64,000 bases of DNA, taken from assembly GCA_004561555.1 (NCBI GenBank), contig SFVH01000003.1:2798-66797 (forward strand), written 5' to 3'. Both the position numbers and the translations under genes were made by a program. Below are positions 10,153 through 19,771 of the stretch, one piece after another (within the stretch, counting starts at the first letter, position 1; every line of letters starts with the position of its first letter). The notes below the pieces were generated by a model. That model saw only the letters and a list, made by a program, of their open reading frames with translations. It ran no database searches and was not told the origin of the DNA. The DNA is from a bacterium (GTDB lineage: Bacteria; Bacteroidota; Bacteroidia; Bacteroidales; Muribaculaceae).

Positions 10153-13100
10153 TTAATGTTTATTATTAAAAAAGTTCAACACATCTTTCATCAGCGCATT
10201 ACGCTCATCGGCGCTATTGATGGTTTCAAATGGGAAACCTGCGACAAAAGTACGGTGAGTGGCAAACTGAGCTACGACAGCTGCCGGAATGTTGTTTTCC
10301 GTATATCTCATTGCCACGCTTCCGGTGTTGGGGTCGGCAGCTATCAACGCATCCGGCGATTCTACGGCATAAAGTTTGTCGTTTAGAGTCTGCTCAAAAC
10401 GTATGGTTTGTTCGGCAAAATCTCCAAAAGCTGAAGGTACAGTACGCACACCACCTTCAACAGCTGCCTGTCCTACTCGCCACTGATAACCGAGCACCTC
10501 GCGAGCGAAGTTACGGTCGGCATCGTCAGCGTTTTCGTTATCCCACAAGTCGGTAGCCACATAAGAACCTGTAACCATCACGTTACCGCCATTCTGGCAA
10601 TAAGTCTTCAAAGCCGTTTGCAAAGATTTAGGGAAGGTGCGGAAGCGATTAGGTTTCTCCCCTCTTCCTATCTGAATTTCTTTTTGTTTGCCGAGAATAA
10701 GGTCGACAGCAAAATACTTGCTTAAATCCACATCTCGATTTTCTACGGCAGCGACGCTCGACGACACAAACGAATAGCCTGCTTCGAGCACTGCTCTACC
10801 ATGCACGGCTGCAAAATCGAAGGTGTTGCCTGCCACCACTTTGCTTTCCATATTTGTATGGGAAGCGCCAAAGCCGGCACTATCATCGTCAACCCATGGC
10901 AATGAGCGACGGAATTCAAACTGGTCACCAATAAAGCTTATATCGTTAATGTAGGGCACCCCATGGTCGCGCTTACTGCAGAAACCGGCTATTTCCTCAC
11001 TTGCCACAAACCAGTCGGGCGCACTCACACGCGTAAATCCATTAACAACCATGACATCGCCCTTTGATGTTGCCGCTTCTCCAAGAGCGAGCGTTTCGGA
11101 AGGGAAGCTGACACCGCCATCGTTGATTGCCACGATGCGATAGCTATGCAAAGCATTATCGGCGATTTTCACCTCATATTCCGGCTTGGTCACCACGGCA
11201 ATCTGACGAAACGCACCGTCGCCTATTCGCTCGTAAATGGCAAACGAAGTTGCATCGGCACGAGTAGACAAAGTGTCGACAGTGGATTTCCACGATAGGC
11301 GATATTCGCCTTGTTTTTTCTTGTCGATAGCGAAAGAATTGACCGGAAGAGGTTGAATCATATAATCGGAACGGCCTTCTTTTTCAGCAAAGAATTGCGC
11401 GATACCTTTATATATAGCACGACTTACGGTAAATCTAAATGTAGGATCGAGACCATATCGCATATCTGCGAAATTCTGATGCGACAGAAGCTCAAGGAGC
11501 ATCGACGGCACTTCAGGCACTCGAGCCTCATAATAACTCTTATCCCACATGCCGCGACGAGTCCAATTGCTATCAAACTCGGCACGCACATCGTTGCAGA
11601 TGTTGGTGAGTACGTAGTCGGTGAGTTGTCGAGAATTTAGTCGGTCGGAGCCATTGGCATAAGTAGATTGCTCATTGGAATAGTATATGCCGAGCGTACC
11701 AATAATAGTGTCGTCAAAAGTGGTACCTGCATCGCTGTGGAAAGCAAATGATAAATCAACCGGGATATTTAGACCTTTTTTGTCGGGCAATACACTTGAG
11801 CCACCGGCAAGATAGTTTACCCACAAACCGCGACAACGGTAGTCGTCGGTGTAGTCGTTCTTACTATTTGACGGAGAATAGATAGAGTCAGGGACACCTG
11901 CCCATTGCAACCAATAGCGTGCGGCTTCGTTGAAGCGCGGATGATTGCTTGTCTCATAGTCGCTTTTTACCGTCGCAACAATCGTATTAGGCTTCACATT
12001 GTCGGCATCGGCACTCTTCACGTTTTCAGTGACCTCTTCAGGCACTTTGCGAGCAATATTACCCATACCTCCACCAACTTTCACAGCATCGGCGGTAACA
12101 ACTTCGCCCTTCTTTCCGGTTTTGTTGTCGAGGCTCACGATAGTTTGCTTTCCGGCAGCAAAATCAAAATGACCGAGATAAATCCATGTACCACCACCCA
12201 TCTTTTGATTTACGCGATACACCTTGTCGCCCCCCAGCGAATGCACGGTATAGACAGCAGCCGAGGTGCTTTCGGGAAGCGAAGCATACGACACATACAC
12301 AGCATAACTGCCTGCTTCGGGGATTTCGGCAGACCATGTGGCAACCGACACATTTTTACCCTTGGTGGAAGCTACCTTGCGGTAGGAGCCATCGATAAAA
12401 GGATTCTGGAAATCTCTCAATTCGCGTTGCTTATAAGCGAAGCCAATGCCGCCATCTCCCCACGCCTCAGCGCCGTTGCTCTCAGCATAACCCGCCACTG
12501 CATGAGAGCCGTCGTTGTCGATGATTATCTCTTGCGAACGGATGTCGCGCTCTCGAGGGCTCATCACATATGCTCCTGCATTCTCCAACATCGGCATCAA
12601 AAAAGGCATTACAAAACTTTGAGTAAACAGGTCTTCAACAGTTTCAAAGATGCGAGCGCGTTGCCATTCCCAACGATTCAACTTCGGCTCGAAATAGTAG
12701 CCATGACTCTGCCAAAGGGTGATTATCCTGCCATCAAGTCCTTTTTTGGGATGGCATAAGGGGTCAAGCGAATAGACAAACGGGTGTTTTTCCTTTTTTG
12801 CCACATAGCGATAAGTGGAGGGAGAATATAAACGCTCTATTTCAACATCGCCTACCGAAATACGAACCTTATAAGGTTTGGATGTGAGTAAAGAAATCTT
12901 GGATTTGAGAGAGGTGGTATAGCCTGCAAGGTCAGGAACGTAAGCCACAGGCTCACTCACGCGCAAACGGATTTCTTTTTTCGAATCATCGACCCATGCC
13001 GAGTCTACTGAAACAGTACCTATCACGAGATTCGAAGGTAACAATTCGTTCATAACAGCCTCAATGTTGCTTTTCATCGAAGCATCCATTAGCCTTGCCT

Positions 13101-13161
13101 CTGCTTTAACAATCATCGAAATAGTTAACAAGGCAACTGTTAAAATCAAATTTTTATTCAC
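10153..13161 (-). CDS. Large secreted N-acetylmuramoyl-L-alanine amidase (Amidase_3)-like protein with golvesin-C-like domain (often mis-annotated xanthan lyase)
   Basis: 1002 aa with a signal peptide (MNKNLILTVALLTISMIVKA). Amidase_3-like segments are FHSDAGTTFDD and VPSMLLELLSHQNFADMRYGLDP. A golvesin-like segment is GSYAVYVSYASLPESTSAAVYTVHS...GGGTWIYLGHFDF. Confidence 0.65.
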   Translation of the reverse strand: MNKNLILTVALLTISMIVKAEARLMDASMKSNIEAVMNELLPSNLVIGTVSVDSAWVDDSKKEIRLRVSEPVAYVPDLAGYTTSLKSKISLLTSKPYKVRISVGDVEIERLYSPSTYRYVAKKEKHPFVYSLDPLCHPKKGLDGRIITLWQSHGYYFEPKLNRWEWQRARIFETVEDLFTQSFVMPFLMPMLENAGAYVMSPRERDIRSQEIIIDNDGSHAVAGYAESNGAEAWGDGGIGFAYKQRELRDFQNPFIDGSYRKVASTKGKNVSVATWSAEIPEAGSYAVYVSYASLPESTSAAVYTVHSLGGDKVYRVNQKMGGGTWIYLGHFDFAAGKQTIVSLDNKTGKKGEVVTADAVKVGGGMGNIARKVPEEVTENVKSADADNVKPNTIVATVKSDYETSNHPRFNEAARYWLQWAGVPDSIYSPSNSKNDYTDDYRCRGLWVNYLAGGSSVLPDKKGLNIPVDLSFAFHSDAGTTFDDTIIGTLGIYYSNEQSTYANGSDRLNSRQLTDYVLTNICNDVRAEFDSNWTRRGMWDKSYYEARVPEVPSMLLELLSHQNFADMRYGLDPTFRFTVSRAIYKGIAQFFAEKEGRSDYMIQPLPVNSFAIDKKKQGEYRLSWKSTVDTLSTRADATSFAIYERIGDGAFRQIAVVTKPEYEVKIADNALHSYRIVAINDGGVSFPSETLALGEAATSKGDVMVVNGFTRVSAPDWFVASEEIAGFCSKRDHGVPYINDISFIGDQFEFRRSLPWVDDDSAGFGASHTNMESKVVAGNTFDFAAVHGRAVLEAGYSFVSSSVAAVENRDVDLSKYFAVDLILGKQKEIQIGRGEKPNRFRTFPKSLQTALKTYCQNGGNVMVTGSYVATDLWDNENADDADRNFAREVLGYQWRVGQAAVEGGVRTVPSAFGDFAEQTIRFEQTLNDKLYAVESPDALIAADPNTGSVAMRYTENNIPAAVVAQFATHRTFVAGFPFETINSADERNALMKDVLNFFNNKH

Positions 13162-13212
13162 GGTTCATGTCTGTTAAATTTGTACCCAGGGCATATTGCG
13201 CCTCTATTTATG

Positions 13213-13220
13213 CAAATTTA
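13213..13220 (-). promoter_or_regulatory. Bacteroidota sigma-A -7 box (TAAATTTG) for the 13161->1 operon
   Basis: Forward caaattta is TAAATTTG on the minus strand, about 52 nt upstream of ATG 13161. It matches the TAnnTTTG consensus. Confidence 0.5.
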
Positions 13221-13390
13221 CGACAAAGAAATCTAATAAAAAATTAAAAAAGCAACAAAAAACAGCACAGCAAGATTATTTAATATTTCAAAACATAAAT
13301 TTAGAAAAAGCACACTTTCCACAAAAATAACAAGCAGTTTATCTGCTTAAAAAATACCATAGTAATGGATAATCAGAAGCAAAAAAAATG

Positions 13391-14239
13391 TTACAACACA
13401 AGCTCTCTATCAGAGTGATATTTCACGAGGCCACTCATCGAACTTGGAATGATTTTCTTAATTCTAATGCCATATTCATTAGCCACCTCAATAAGCACCC
13501 CACTATAAGCGCATGCATTAGAGCCTACAAAAGAAATGTTTTTGCCCTGATAGTCATATTGCAACACATTCCTTTCGAAAAAAGCTTTGATGCTGGTATA
13601 GACGAGATTATAGACGTAGTCTTGGTCGAGCTTATCCATCAAGAATCTTGAATAGACGCTCATCACATTGCTTGGGAGAGCATTATCATAGATTGACGAC
13701 ATCACCTCTTCCGGAGTAAGATGAACATATTCAAAAAACTGCTTCACAAGACGCTGTGGCGCAATATTTTTCAAGCAATCGGAAATAAAAAGTTTTCCCA
13801 CATAAGCTGCACTGCCTTCGTCACCGAGGATATAGCCCAATGAAAGGACATTTTTGACTATCGAGTTTCCATCGTAATAGCACGAGTTGGAACCACTACC
13901 AAGAATACAAGCTATACCCGGTTCATTAAGAAGCAATCCTCGTGCTGCTCCAAGTAGGTCGCTCTCGACAGTAACGGGTGTCTTAAATTGAGCCACTAAA
14001 GAAGCCTCTACAATTTTCTTTTTGTCACTGCTCGAACAACCGGCACCATAAAAATGAATGTGATCCCACCGACGCTTGAAAAATGCATCGGGCAATTCCA
14101 AACGAATAGTGTGACTAATATCGCGGCGAGTATTGAAGAAGGGATTTAATCCTTTAGTAAAGGCATGCTCCACAACTGTCATGCCATCAACCAAGGTCCA
14201 TTCAGTGCGAGAGGCGCTACTATCGGCAATGATTTTCAT
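13391..14239 (-). CDS. BadF/BadG/BcrA/BcrD-type ATPase, N-acetylglucosamine/N-acetylmuramic acid kinase-like
   Basis: 282 aa. The N-terminal DSSASRTEW and central ILGSGSNS / LGDEGSA motifs belong to the ASKHA sugar-kinase (BadF) family. Confidence 0.7.
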   Translation of the reverse strand: MKIIADSSASRTEWTLVDGMTVVEHAFTKGLNPFFNTRRDISHTIRLELPDAFFKRRWDHIHFYGAGCSSSDKKKIVEASLVAQFKTPVTVESDLLGAARGLLLNEPGIACILGSGSNSCYYDGNSIVKNVLSLGYILGDEGSAAYVGKLFISDCLKNIAPQRLVKQFFEYVHLTPEEVMSSIYDNALPSNVMSVYSRFLMDKLDQDYVYNLVYTSIKAFFERNVLQYDYQGKNISFVGSNACAYSGVLIEVANEYGIRIKKIIPSSMSGLVKYHSDRELVL

Positions 14240-14282
14240 AATTCAAAAATTTTTAAGGCGAAAAGTCTTATAATGATTTTTG

Positions 14283-14290
14283 CAAAAGTA
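14283..14290 (-). promoter_or_regulatory. -7 box (TACTTTTG) for the kinase gene
   Basis: Forward caaaagta, 44 nt upstream of ATG 14239. Confidence 0.5.
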
Positions 14291-14450
14291 AAAAAATATT
14301 TATAAAAAGCAAAGATCTAACACTGCAATTTTCAAAATATTAAGTATTTTTGTATCTATATACAAGCCGATATAGAGTGAAAAATATATTCCCACAACTA
14401 AGCCGGCAAAAATACAATGATTTTTATCAAAAACACATTAATATCTATAT

Positions 14451-14871
14451 CCAAAATCAATAATAATAACCAAAATAATATAAACACCACCCAATAATAA
14501 AAAGGAGGGTAACATAAAACCCACCTAATATAAATGCTACTATTTTTAACGATTTCTTTTTAATTGCGAAAATTGGCAAAAACAAAATTTAGTTGAAGTA
14601 GATAAACTCATAGGCATATCGAAGAAACATCTCTAATAAGAAAACATCAAAAATTATTACCGATACAAGAGCCACAATCTTAAGAGTTTTATTACTAATT
14701 GCTAATACCGGCAAAAAAAAATAACAAATACCTAATAATATTTAACCCCGTTAATACTCCGCATCTGATAGAATAATCCAAAGGTAGAAAATTATGGACC
14801 CATCTTAATAACTCGGATGCAACAAACGAAACAATCCATATCATCAATATCATAGAAGATTTATCACTGTC
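14451..14871 (-). pseudogene. Decayed membrane-spanning remainder of the zinc-ribbon gene (in-frame TAA, T9 frameshift, second TAA)
   Basis: Hand translation shows the frame of ORF 14872..15075 continuing directly past its TAA: ...EVDC*DSDKSSMILMIWIVSFVASELL...RYLLFFFAGISN*. Removing one T at the T9 run (A9 at 14713..14721) gives ...LPVLAISNKTLKIVALVSVIIFDVFLLEMFLRYAYEFIYFN*. After a second in-frame TAA comes ILFLPIFAIKKKSLKIVAFILGGFYVTLLFIIGWCLYYFGYYY*. All three pieces are TM-like. Confidence 0.4.
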
Positions 14872-15075
14872 TTAACAATCTACTTCTAATGGTGATTTAT
14901 CTTCGACGTCTTCAATGCTATTCACGGGCGTTATCCCAACAGCGCAAACGATAGGTAATTCAAAGCCACACAGATGGCAAAACTTTGCACCTTCCGGAAG
15001 GCTTGCGCCACATTTGCAACAATAAATAATAACAGAATTATAAAAATAAAAAAACACACCATCCATCGGAGACAA
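14872..15075 (-). CDS. Zinc-ribbon domain protein (probably the N-terminal fragment of a disrupted gene)
   Basis: 67 aa with CCKCGASLPEGAKFCHLCG, a CxxC-x10-CxxC zinc-ribbon. It lies 27 nt downstream of the M23 peptidase gene. Confidence 0.45.
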   Translation of the reverse strand: MSPMDGVFFYFYNSVIIYCCKCGASLPEGAKFCHLCGFELPIVCAVGITPVNSIEDVEDKSPLEVDC

Positions 15076-15102
15076 TGTGTTTAATCAAAAAATCAAAAAG
15101 TA

Positions 15103-16062
15103 TTATTTCACTCTAAGCACCTTTCCCGGTTTTAACTTAGTTGTTTTCTTAATACCGTTTAGGCGACATAGCTTGTCGATAGTGGTACCGTTACGCGAAG
15201 CTATTTTGCTGAGGGTGTCGCCTTTTTTCACACGATAAGTCTTCACGCTACCTCCACTACCATAGTTGTTGTTACGGTCGTTGCTTGCTACATAGTCGAC
15301 TTTACCATTGTTATAAGAGCGAGCTTTAGTGTAGCTGCTCTTGTTGAAGGTGTAAGAGTCAGTATGAACGGTTTGTGCATTGAAATCGAAGATAGCCTGC
15401 GGATTGATAGCATAACCCATATAACGTGTCTCGAAATGCAAGTGAGGACCGGTGCTTCGTCCGGTGCTTCCTCCGAGAGCAACCGGGTCACCGGCACGAA
15501 CTTCCTGGTCAGGCTTCACAAGGAAACGGGATAGGTGACCGTACACTGTTTCCAATCCGTTAGAGTGGCGAATAATCACATAATACCCATAACCGCGACG
15601 CTCGTAGCGAGTGAGACGCACCTTACCGTCGAATGCAGCACGCACAGTGTCACCCGTACACAACTTCAAGTCGACACCCTTATGCTGACGACCGAAACGA
15701 GGACGATAGCCATAGGGAGAGGTAAGATACCCCGGAACCGGCATAGCGAAGTTTGACACATCAATAGTCACGCCATCAGGCACAGCCATACCGCCATAAG
15801 GATTGACAAGTTCGCTGTTCCACCCTTCGGTGTAGATGTCGATTTCCGGTTCTTGTTCTTCTTTCAGGAGCTCATCCATAAATTCCTGAGTTTCTTCCAC
15901 ACGAATCTGCTCATTGATGTCGCGTTGCGAAGCAATGAGGTCGCTATGCATATTTGCATGAGCCGAAACAGAGCGGAGTTTTTGGGCGCTGACGCCGAAT
16001 GAGGAGGCGGCTATAAGCGCCCCTACTAAAAGGAATTTATTTAGAGTAATACGGGTCATCAC
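15103..16062 (-). CDS. M23 family metallopeptidase with C-terminal LysM domain
   Basis: 319 aa with a signal peptide. M23 motifs are HKGVDL and GSTGRSTGPHLHFE. The LysM segment is YRVKKGDTLSKIASRNGTTIDKLCRLNG. Confidence 0.9.
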   Translation of the reverse strand: MMTRITLNKFLLVGALIAASSFGVSAQKLRSVSAHANMHSDLIASQRDINEQIRVEETQEFMDELLKEEQEPEIDIYTEGWNSELVNPYGGMAVPDGVTIDVSNFAMPVPGYLTSPYGYRPRFGRQHKGVDLKLCTGDTVRAAFDGKVRLTRYERRGYGYYVIIRHSNGLETVYGHLSRFLVKPDQEVRAGDPVALGGSTGRSTGPHLHFETRYMGYAINPQAIFDFNAQTVHTDSYTFNKSSYTKARSYNNGKVDYVASNDRNNNYGSGGSVKTYRVKKGDTLSKIASRNGTTIDKLCRLNGIKKTTKLKPGKVLRVK

Positions 16063-16100
16063 GATGGTTTGAGTCTTAGTGGTTATGGTTTCGTTAGCTG

Positions 16101-16571
16101 TTAAATTTCGTCGTCGGCATAAAGCATAAACGTCAGCGGCGACTTGTAGTCAAAAATCTCTTCCGGCTTAAAGAAACGGCGAATCTCGATTTCAGCGTTT
16201 TCCACGCTATCCGAAGCATGCACGATGTTGTGCTGACCGCTCATACAGAGGTCGCCGCGAATGGTGCCGATATCGGCTTTACGACCTTTCGTTGCGCCGG
16301 TCATTTTTCTCACAACCTCAACAGCCTCCAAGCCCTTCACACACATCACAACTACCGGTGATAGCTGCATTGAGCGACGAAGCAATGGAAAAAACGGTTT
16401 ATCCACCAAGTGAGAGTAATGTTCAGCAAGAATTTCATCGGAGAGAGTCATCATCTTCATGCCGATAATCATCAATCCTTTTTGTTCAAATCTACGAATA
16501 ACCTCACCGGCAAAGCCACGCAAGATTGCACTTGGTTTTAATATTACTAAAGTTTTTTCCATGTCAGGCAA
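16101..16571 (-). CDS. ndk: Nucleoside-diphosphate kinase
   Basis: EKTLVILKPSA, active-site region NIVHASDS, about 150 aa. The start may be the internal MEKT, 9 nt downstream. Confidence 0.9.
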   Translation of the reverse strand: MPDMEKTLVILKPSAILRGFAGEVIRRFEQKGLMIIGMKMMTLSDEILAEHYSHLVDKPFFPLLRRSMQLSPVVVMCVKGLEAVEVVRKMTGATKGRKADIGTIRGDLCMSGQHNIVHASDSVENAEIEIRRFFKPEEIFDYKSPLTFMLYADDEI

Positions 16572-16703
16572 GATTTTAAAGACTTCCCAAAGGTAAGATT
16601 TTTTTCTTTAAGACAAAAGGATAAGGCGTAACGAAAAACAACAATTTCACATTATTTTTGATTTTACAGACGATTTTGGCATTTTTTCATTCAAAAAAAC
16701 GAC

Positions 16704-18794
16704 CTAACTGATTCTGCTCCAACCGGCTGTTTTATTGAAGTGTATGCGAAGCTGCTCACGAAGCGAATAATGTCTTTCAAGAAGAGGGTCGCTATCGAGA
16801 ATCATGGTTGCTGCCTGACGCGCCACGGCAAGCACATCGCTATCGGAGGCGAGATTGGCAATGCGAAGATTAAAAGCGATACCGCTTTGCATCGTACCCT
16901 CAATGTCACCAGGACCTCTGAGTTTCATATCGGCATCTGCAATAACAAAGCCGTCGGTTGTTTCCACCATTATCTCCAACCGTTTGCGAGTGTCGGCAGC
17001 GATATTAGGCTTGGTCATGAGAATGCAATATGACTGGTCGGCACCACGTCCCACACGACCTCTCAACTGATGAAGTTGCGACAATCCAAATCGTTCGGCA
17101 TTCTCAATCACCATCACTGAAGCGTTAGGTACATTGACACCAACCTCAATCACGGTTGTGGCGACAAGTATTCGAGTCTTTCCCGACACAAACATTTGCA
17201 TCTGTTCGTCTTTTTCCGCCGGACGCATCTTTCCGTGCACCATTCCCACTTCATATCCCGGGAATGCCAAACGGGTGGCATCAAGCCCTTGCAACAAGTC
17301 CTTCAGCTCCAACTTTTCATTTTCTTGAATCAAAGGATACACGATATACACTTGACGTCCGGCTTTGAGCTGACCGAGAATCAAGCTATTCACCTCGCGA
17401 CGACGGTTTTCATACTGAAGCATGGTCATAATTGGCTTTCGTCCGGGAGGTAACGCATCGATAACCGAAACATCCAAATCGCCATAGACGGTCATTGCAA
17501 GGGTACGAGGTATCGGAGTGGCTGTCATCACAAGTACATGAGGTGCCGAAGTGCTCTTATTCCACAACTTAGCCCTTTGAGCCACTCCAAAGCGATGCTG
17601 CTCGTCAATCACCACCAGTCCGAGGCGACGAAACTCCACACAATCCTCTATTACGGCATGTGTGCCCACCAATATATGTATCGTGCCGTCAAGCAATGAG
17701 GCATGTAGCTCATCACGTTTTTTCTTTGTTGTGGAGCCGGTGAGCAATTCCACCCTCACTCCTATTTTTCCTGCCATCGCCGACAGCGACTCATAATGCT
17801 GACAAGCAAGGATTTCGGTGGGAGCCATGATACACGCTTGATAGCCATTGTCGACAGCAATCAGCGATGTCATCAACGCCACGATGGTCTTACCGCTACC
17901 CACATCTCCTTGCAGCAAACGATTCATTTGCCTACCGCTACCCAAGTCGGCTCGTATCTCGCGCATCACCTTCTTTTGAGCTTCGGTGAGAGAAAATGGC
18001 AACACATCGGAGTAGAATCGATTGAAAAATGTGCCTATGCGCGGAAAGGTATATCCTGCGATATTCGCTTTACGGTTACGACTGTAACTAAGGATGTTTA
18101 ATTGTATTAGGAAAAGTTCTTCAAACTTAAATCTGGCTCGCGCCCTATCGGCTTGCTCACGGGTTTTCGGGAAATGCACACACTCAAGGGCTTCGCGAAG
18201 CGGCATCAATCCATAATGCCGAAGCAGCTCCGGCGGCAAGGTTTCTTCTACCGCAGGCATTGATGCGAGCAATGTGGAAATGAGCTGGCGCAACGAGCGC
18301 TGAGTAAAACCGCGAGTTTTTAGTTTTTCGGGAATTGAATACTGCGCCTGCAGTCCTTGGTTATCAACAATCGTATCCCCGGGGTCTATCTCGGGATGCA
18401 CAAGGCTTATGCGCCCATTGAAAATCGACATTTTCCCAAACAATAGATAGTCGACACCCACACGATATGTGTCTTGCACATATTTCAAACGATTAAACCA
18501 TACCACATCGAGTGTTCCTGTTCCATCACTAAACAATCCTTGCACTCTTCGCCTTGCTCCCTCTCCAACCGTATTGATAACAATGAAGCGGCCTCTCACC
18601 TGTATAGCACTATTATCCGACGCTACATCTTTAATTTTCACTACCTTCGAACGGTCATCGTAGCGAGAAGGGAAATAATGAAGCAAGTCGTAGTAGGTGT
18701 GAATATCCAACTCTTTACCCAGCGTATCGGCTCGTTTTGGTCCCACGCCTTTGAGATATTTGATATCGATATCAGTCAGTCGCCTCATCATCAT
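16704..18794 (-). CDS. recG: ATP-dependent DNA helicase RecG
   Basis: 696 aa with a wedge/OB N-terminus. Helicase motifs are GDVGSGKT, DEQHRFG, TATPIPRT and QLRGRVGRG. Confidence 0.95.
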   Translation of the reverse strand: MMMRRLTDIDIKYLKGVGPKRADTLGKELDIHTYYDLLHYFPSRYDDRSKVVKIKDVASDNSAIQVRGRFIVINTVGEGARRRVQGLFSDGTGTLDVVWFNRLKYVQDTYRVGVDYLLFGKMSIFNGRISLVHPEIDPGDTIVDNQGLQAQYSIPEKLKTRGFTQRSLRQLISTLLASMPAVEETLPPELLRHYGLMPLREALECVHFPKTREQADRARARFKFEELFLIQLNILSYSRNRKANIAGYTFPRIGTFFNRFYSDVLPFSLTEAQKKVMREIRADLGSGRQMNRLLQGDVGSGKTIVALMTSLIAVDNGYQACIMAPTEILACQHYESLSAMAGKIGVRVELLTGSTTKKKRDELHASLLDGTIHILVGTHAVIEDCVEFRRLGLVVIDEQHRFGVAQRAKLWNKSTSAPHVLVMTATPIPRTLAMTVYGDLDVSVIDALPPGRKPIMTMLQYENRRREVNSLILGQLKAGRQVYIVYPLIQENEKLELKDLLQGLDATRLAFPGYEVGMVHGKMRPAEKDEQMQMFVSGKTRILVATTVIEVGVNVPNASVMVIENAERFGLSQLHQLRGRVGRGADQSYCILMTKPNIAADTRKRLEIMVETTDGFVIADADMKLRGPGDIEGTMQSGIAFNLRIANLASDSDVLAVARQAATMILDSDPLLERHYSLREQLRIHFNKTAGWSRIS

Positions 18795-19458
18795 TAGCGA
18801 GCAACCACTCTGCCGTTTTTAAGTCTATGGGATGAGTAATTTTAATATTGTTGACATCACCCGGAAATAACGACACTTCATTACCGCGATACTCCACCAC
18901 AGAGGCATCATCAGTAAACAAAGGACTGAATGGAGTGGTATAAGCATCTTTAAGCAATTGCAAGTCGAATGTTTGGGGTGTCTGCACCGCCACAAGTTGC
19001 TCGCGGCTTACTGCATGACTGCCATTGCGGTCGAGCTGACGGATGCTGTCGGTCACCGGAATGGTTGGGATAGCCGAGCCTGTGCGCGCCGCCGTCTCAA
19101 AAGCTGTGGCAATCACCTTTTGAGTCACCAAAGGACGAGCACCATCGTGGACCGCTACCAACCCTTTGGCATCAGGAATCGAAAACAAAGCATTTCTCAC
19201 CGACTCAAAACGAGTAGTGCCACCTTCAGCCACACGATGGGGAGTGACAAACTTATGAGTTGTGCACAAGTCGAGCCACAGACTCACATATTCCGAAGGT
19301 AGCGCAACAATAATCTCCATTAAAGCGTCGTAGCGATAAAACGCATCGATGGTGCGCATAAGCATAGGCTTGCCGCCAAGAGCGACAAACTGCTTTGGCA
19401 GTGTGGTGCCGAAACGCGAGCCGACACCTCCCGCCACTATTATTGCATATCTTTTCAT
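18772..19458 (-). CDS. ispD: 2-C-methyl-D-erythritol 4-phosphate cytidylyltransferase
   Basis: 228 aa with AIIVAGGVGSRFG..PKQF and VHDGARP. It overlaps the recG start by about 20 nt. Confidence 0.9.
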   Translation of the reverse strand: MKRYAIIVAGGVGSRFGTTLPKQFVALGGKPMLMRTIDAFYRYDALMEIIVALPSEYVSLWLDLCTTHKFVTPHRVAEGGTTRFESVRNALFSIPDAKGLVAVHDGARPLVTQKVIATAFETAARTGSAIPTIPVTDSIRQLDRNGSHAVSREQLVAVQTPQTFDLQLLKDAYTTPFSPLFTDDASVVEYRGNEVSLFPGDVNNIKITHPIDLKTAEWLLANDDEATD

Positions 19459-19510
19459 CGTCGCAAGTATGATTTTATCACAAAATAAGGAAATCTATTT
19501 CTAATTTCCA

Positions 19511-19545
19511 AAAATAAAAAAAGGAACTTTCTCTCAAAGCTCCTT
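19511..19545 (-). terminator. Intrinsic terminator (minus strand), probably ending the lpxH transcript
   Basis: Minus strand reads AAGGAGCTTT-GAGAG-AAAGTTCCTT, a 10-bp stem with one G-U, followed by TTTTTTAT. Confidence 0.6.
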
Positions 19546-19771
19546 TCTTATAAGTTTCCAATAGGTATAATTTTTTAAGGTAAAAAAGATTGTTTTAGGT
19601 TTGTGATGCAAATGTCATATTTTATTTCGACCGTTGCAAACAAATTTTTATGTTGTTCAGCAGTGTTTTTTTACATCATTTCTCACAAAAATAATGTAAA
19701 ACCCTGAAATTCTTTAAAATAGCAACGAGAATAGCAAAAGTGCGCATTGTTTAAATAATGTTAATTATAAC

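Noticed and set aside
8967-12759. Long antisense ORFs (352 aa at 8967..10025; 284 aa at 11905..12759) inside the GT2 and amidase-like genes
   Set aside because: The reasoning is the same: they lie wholly within better-supported minus-strand genes, and their translations are unstructured and motif-free.
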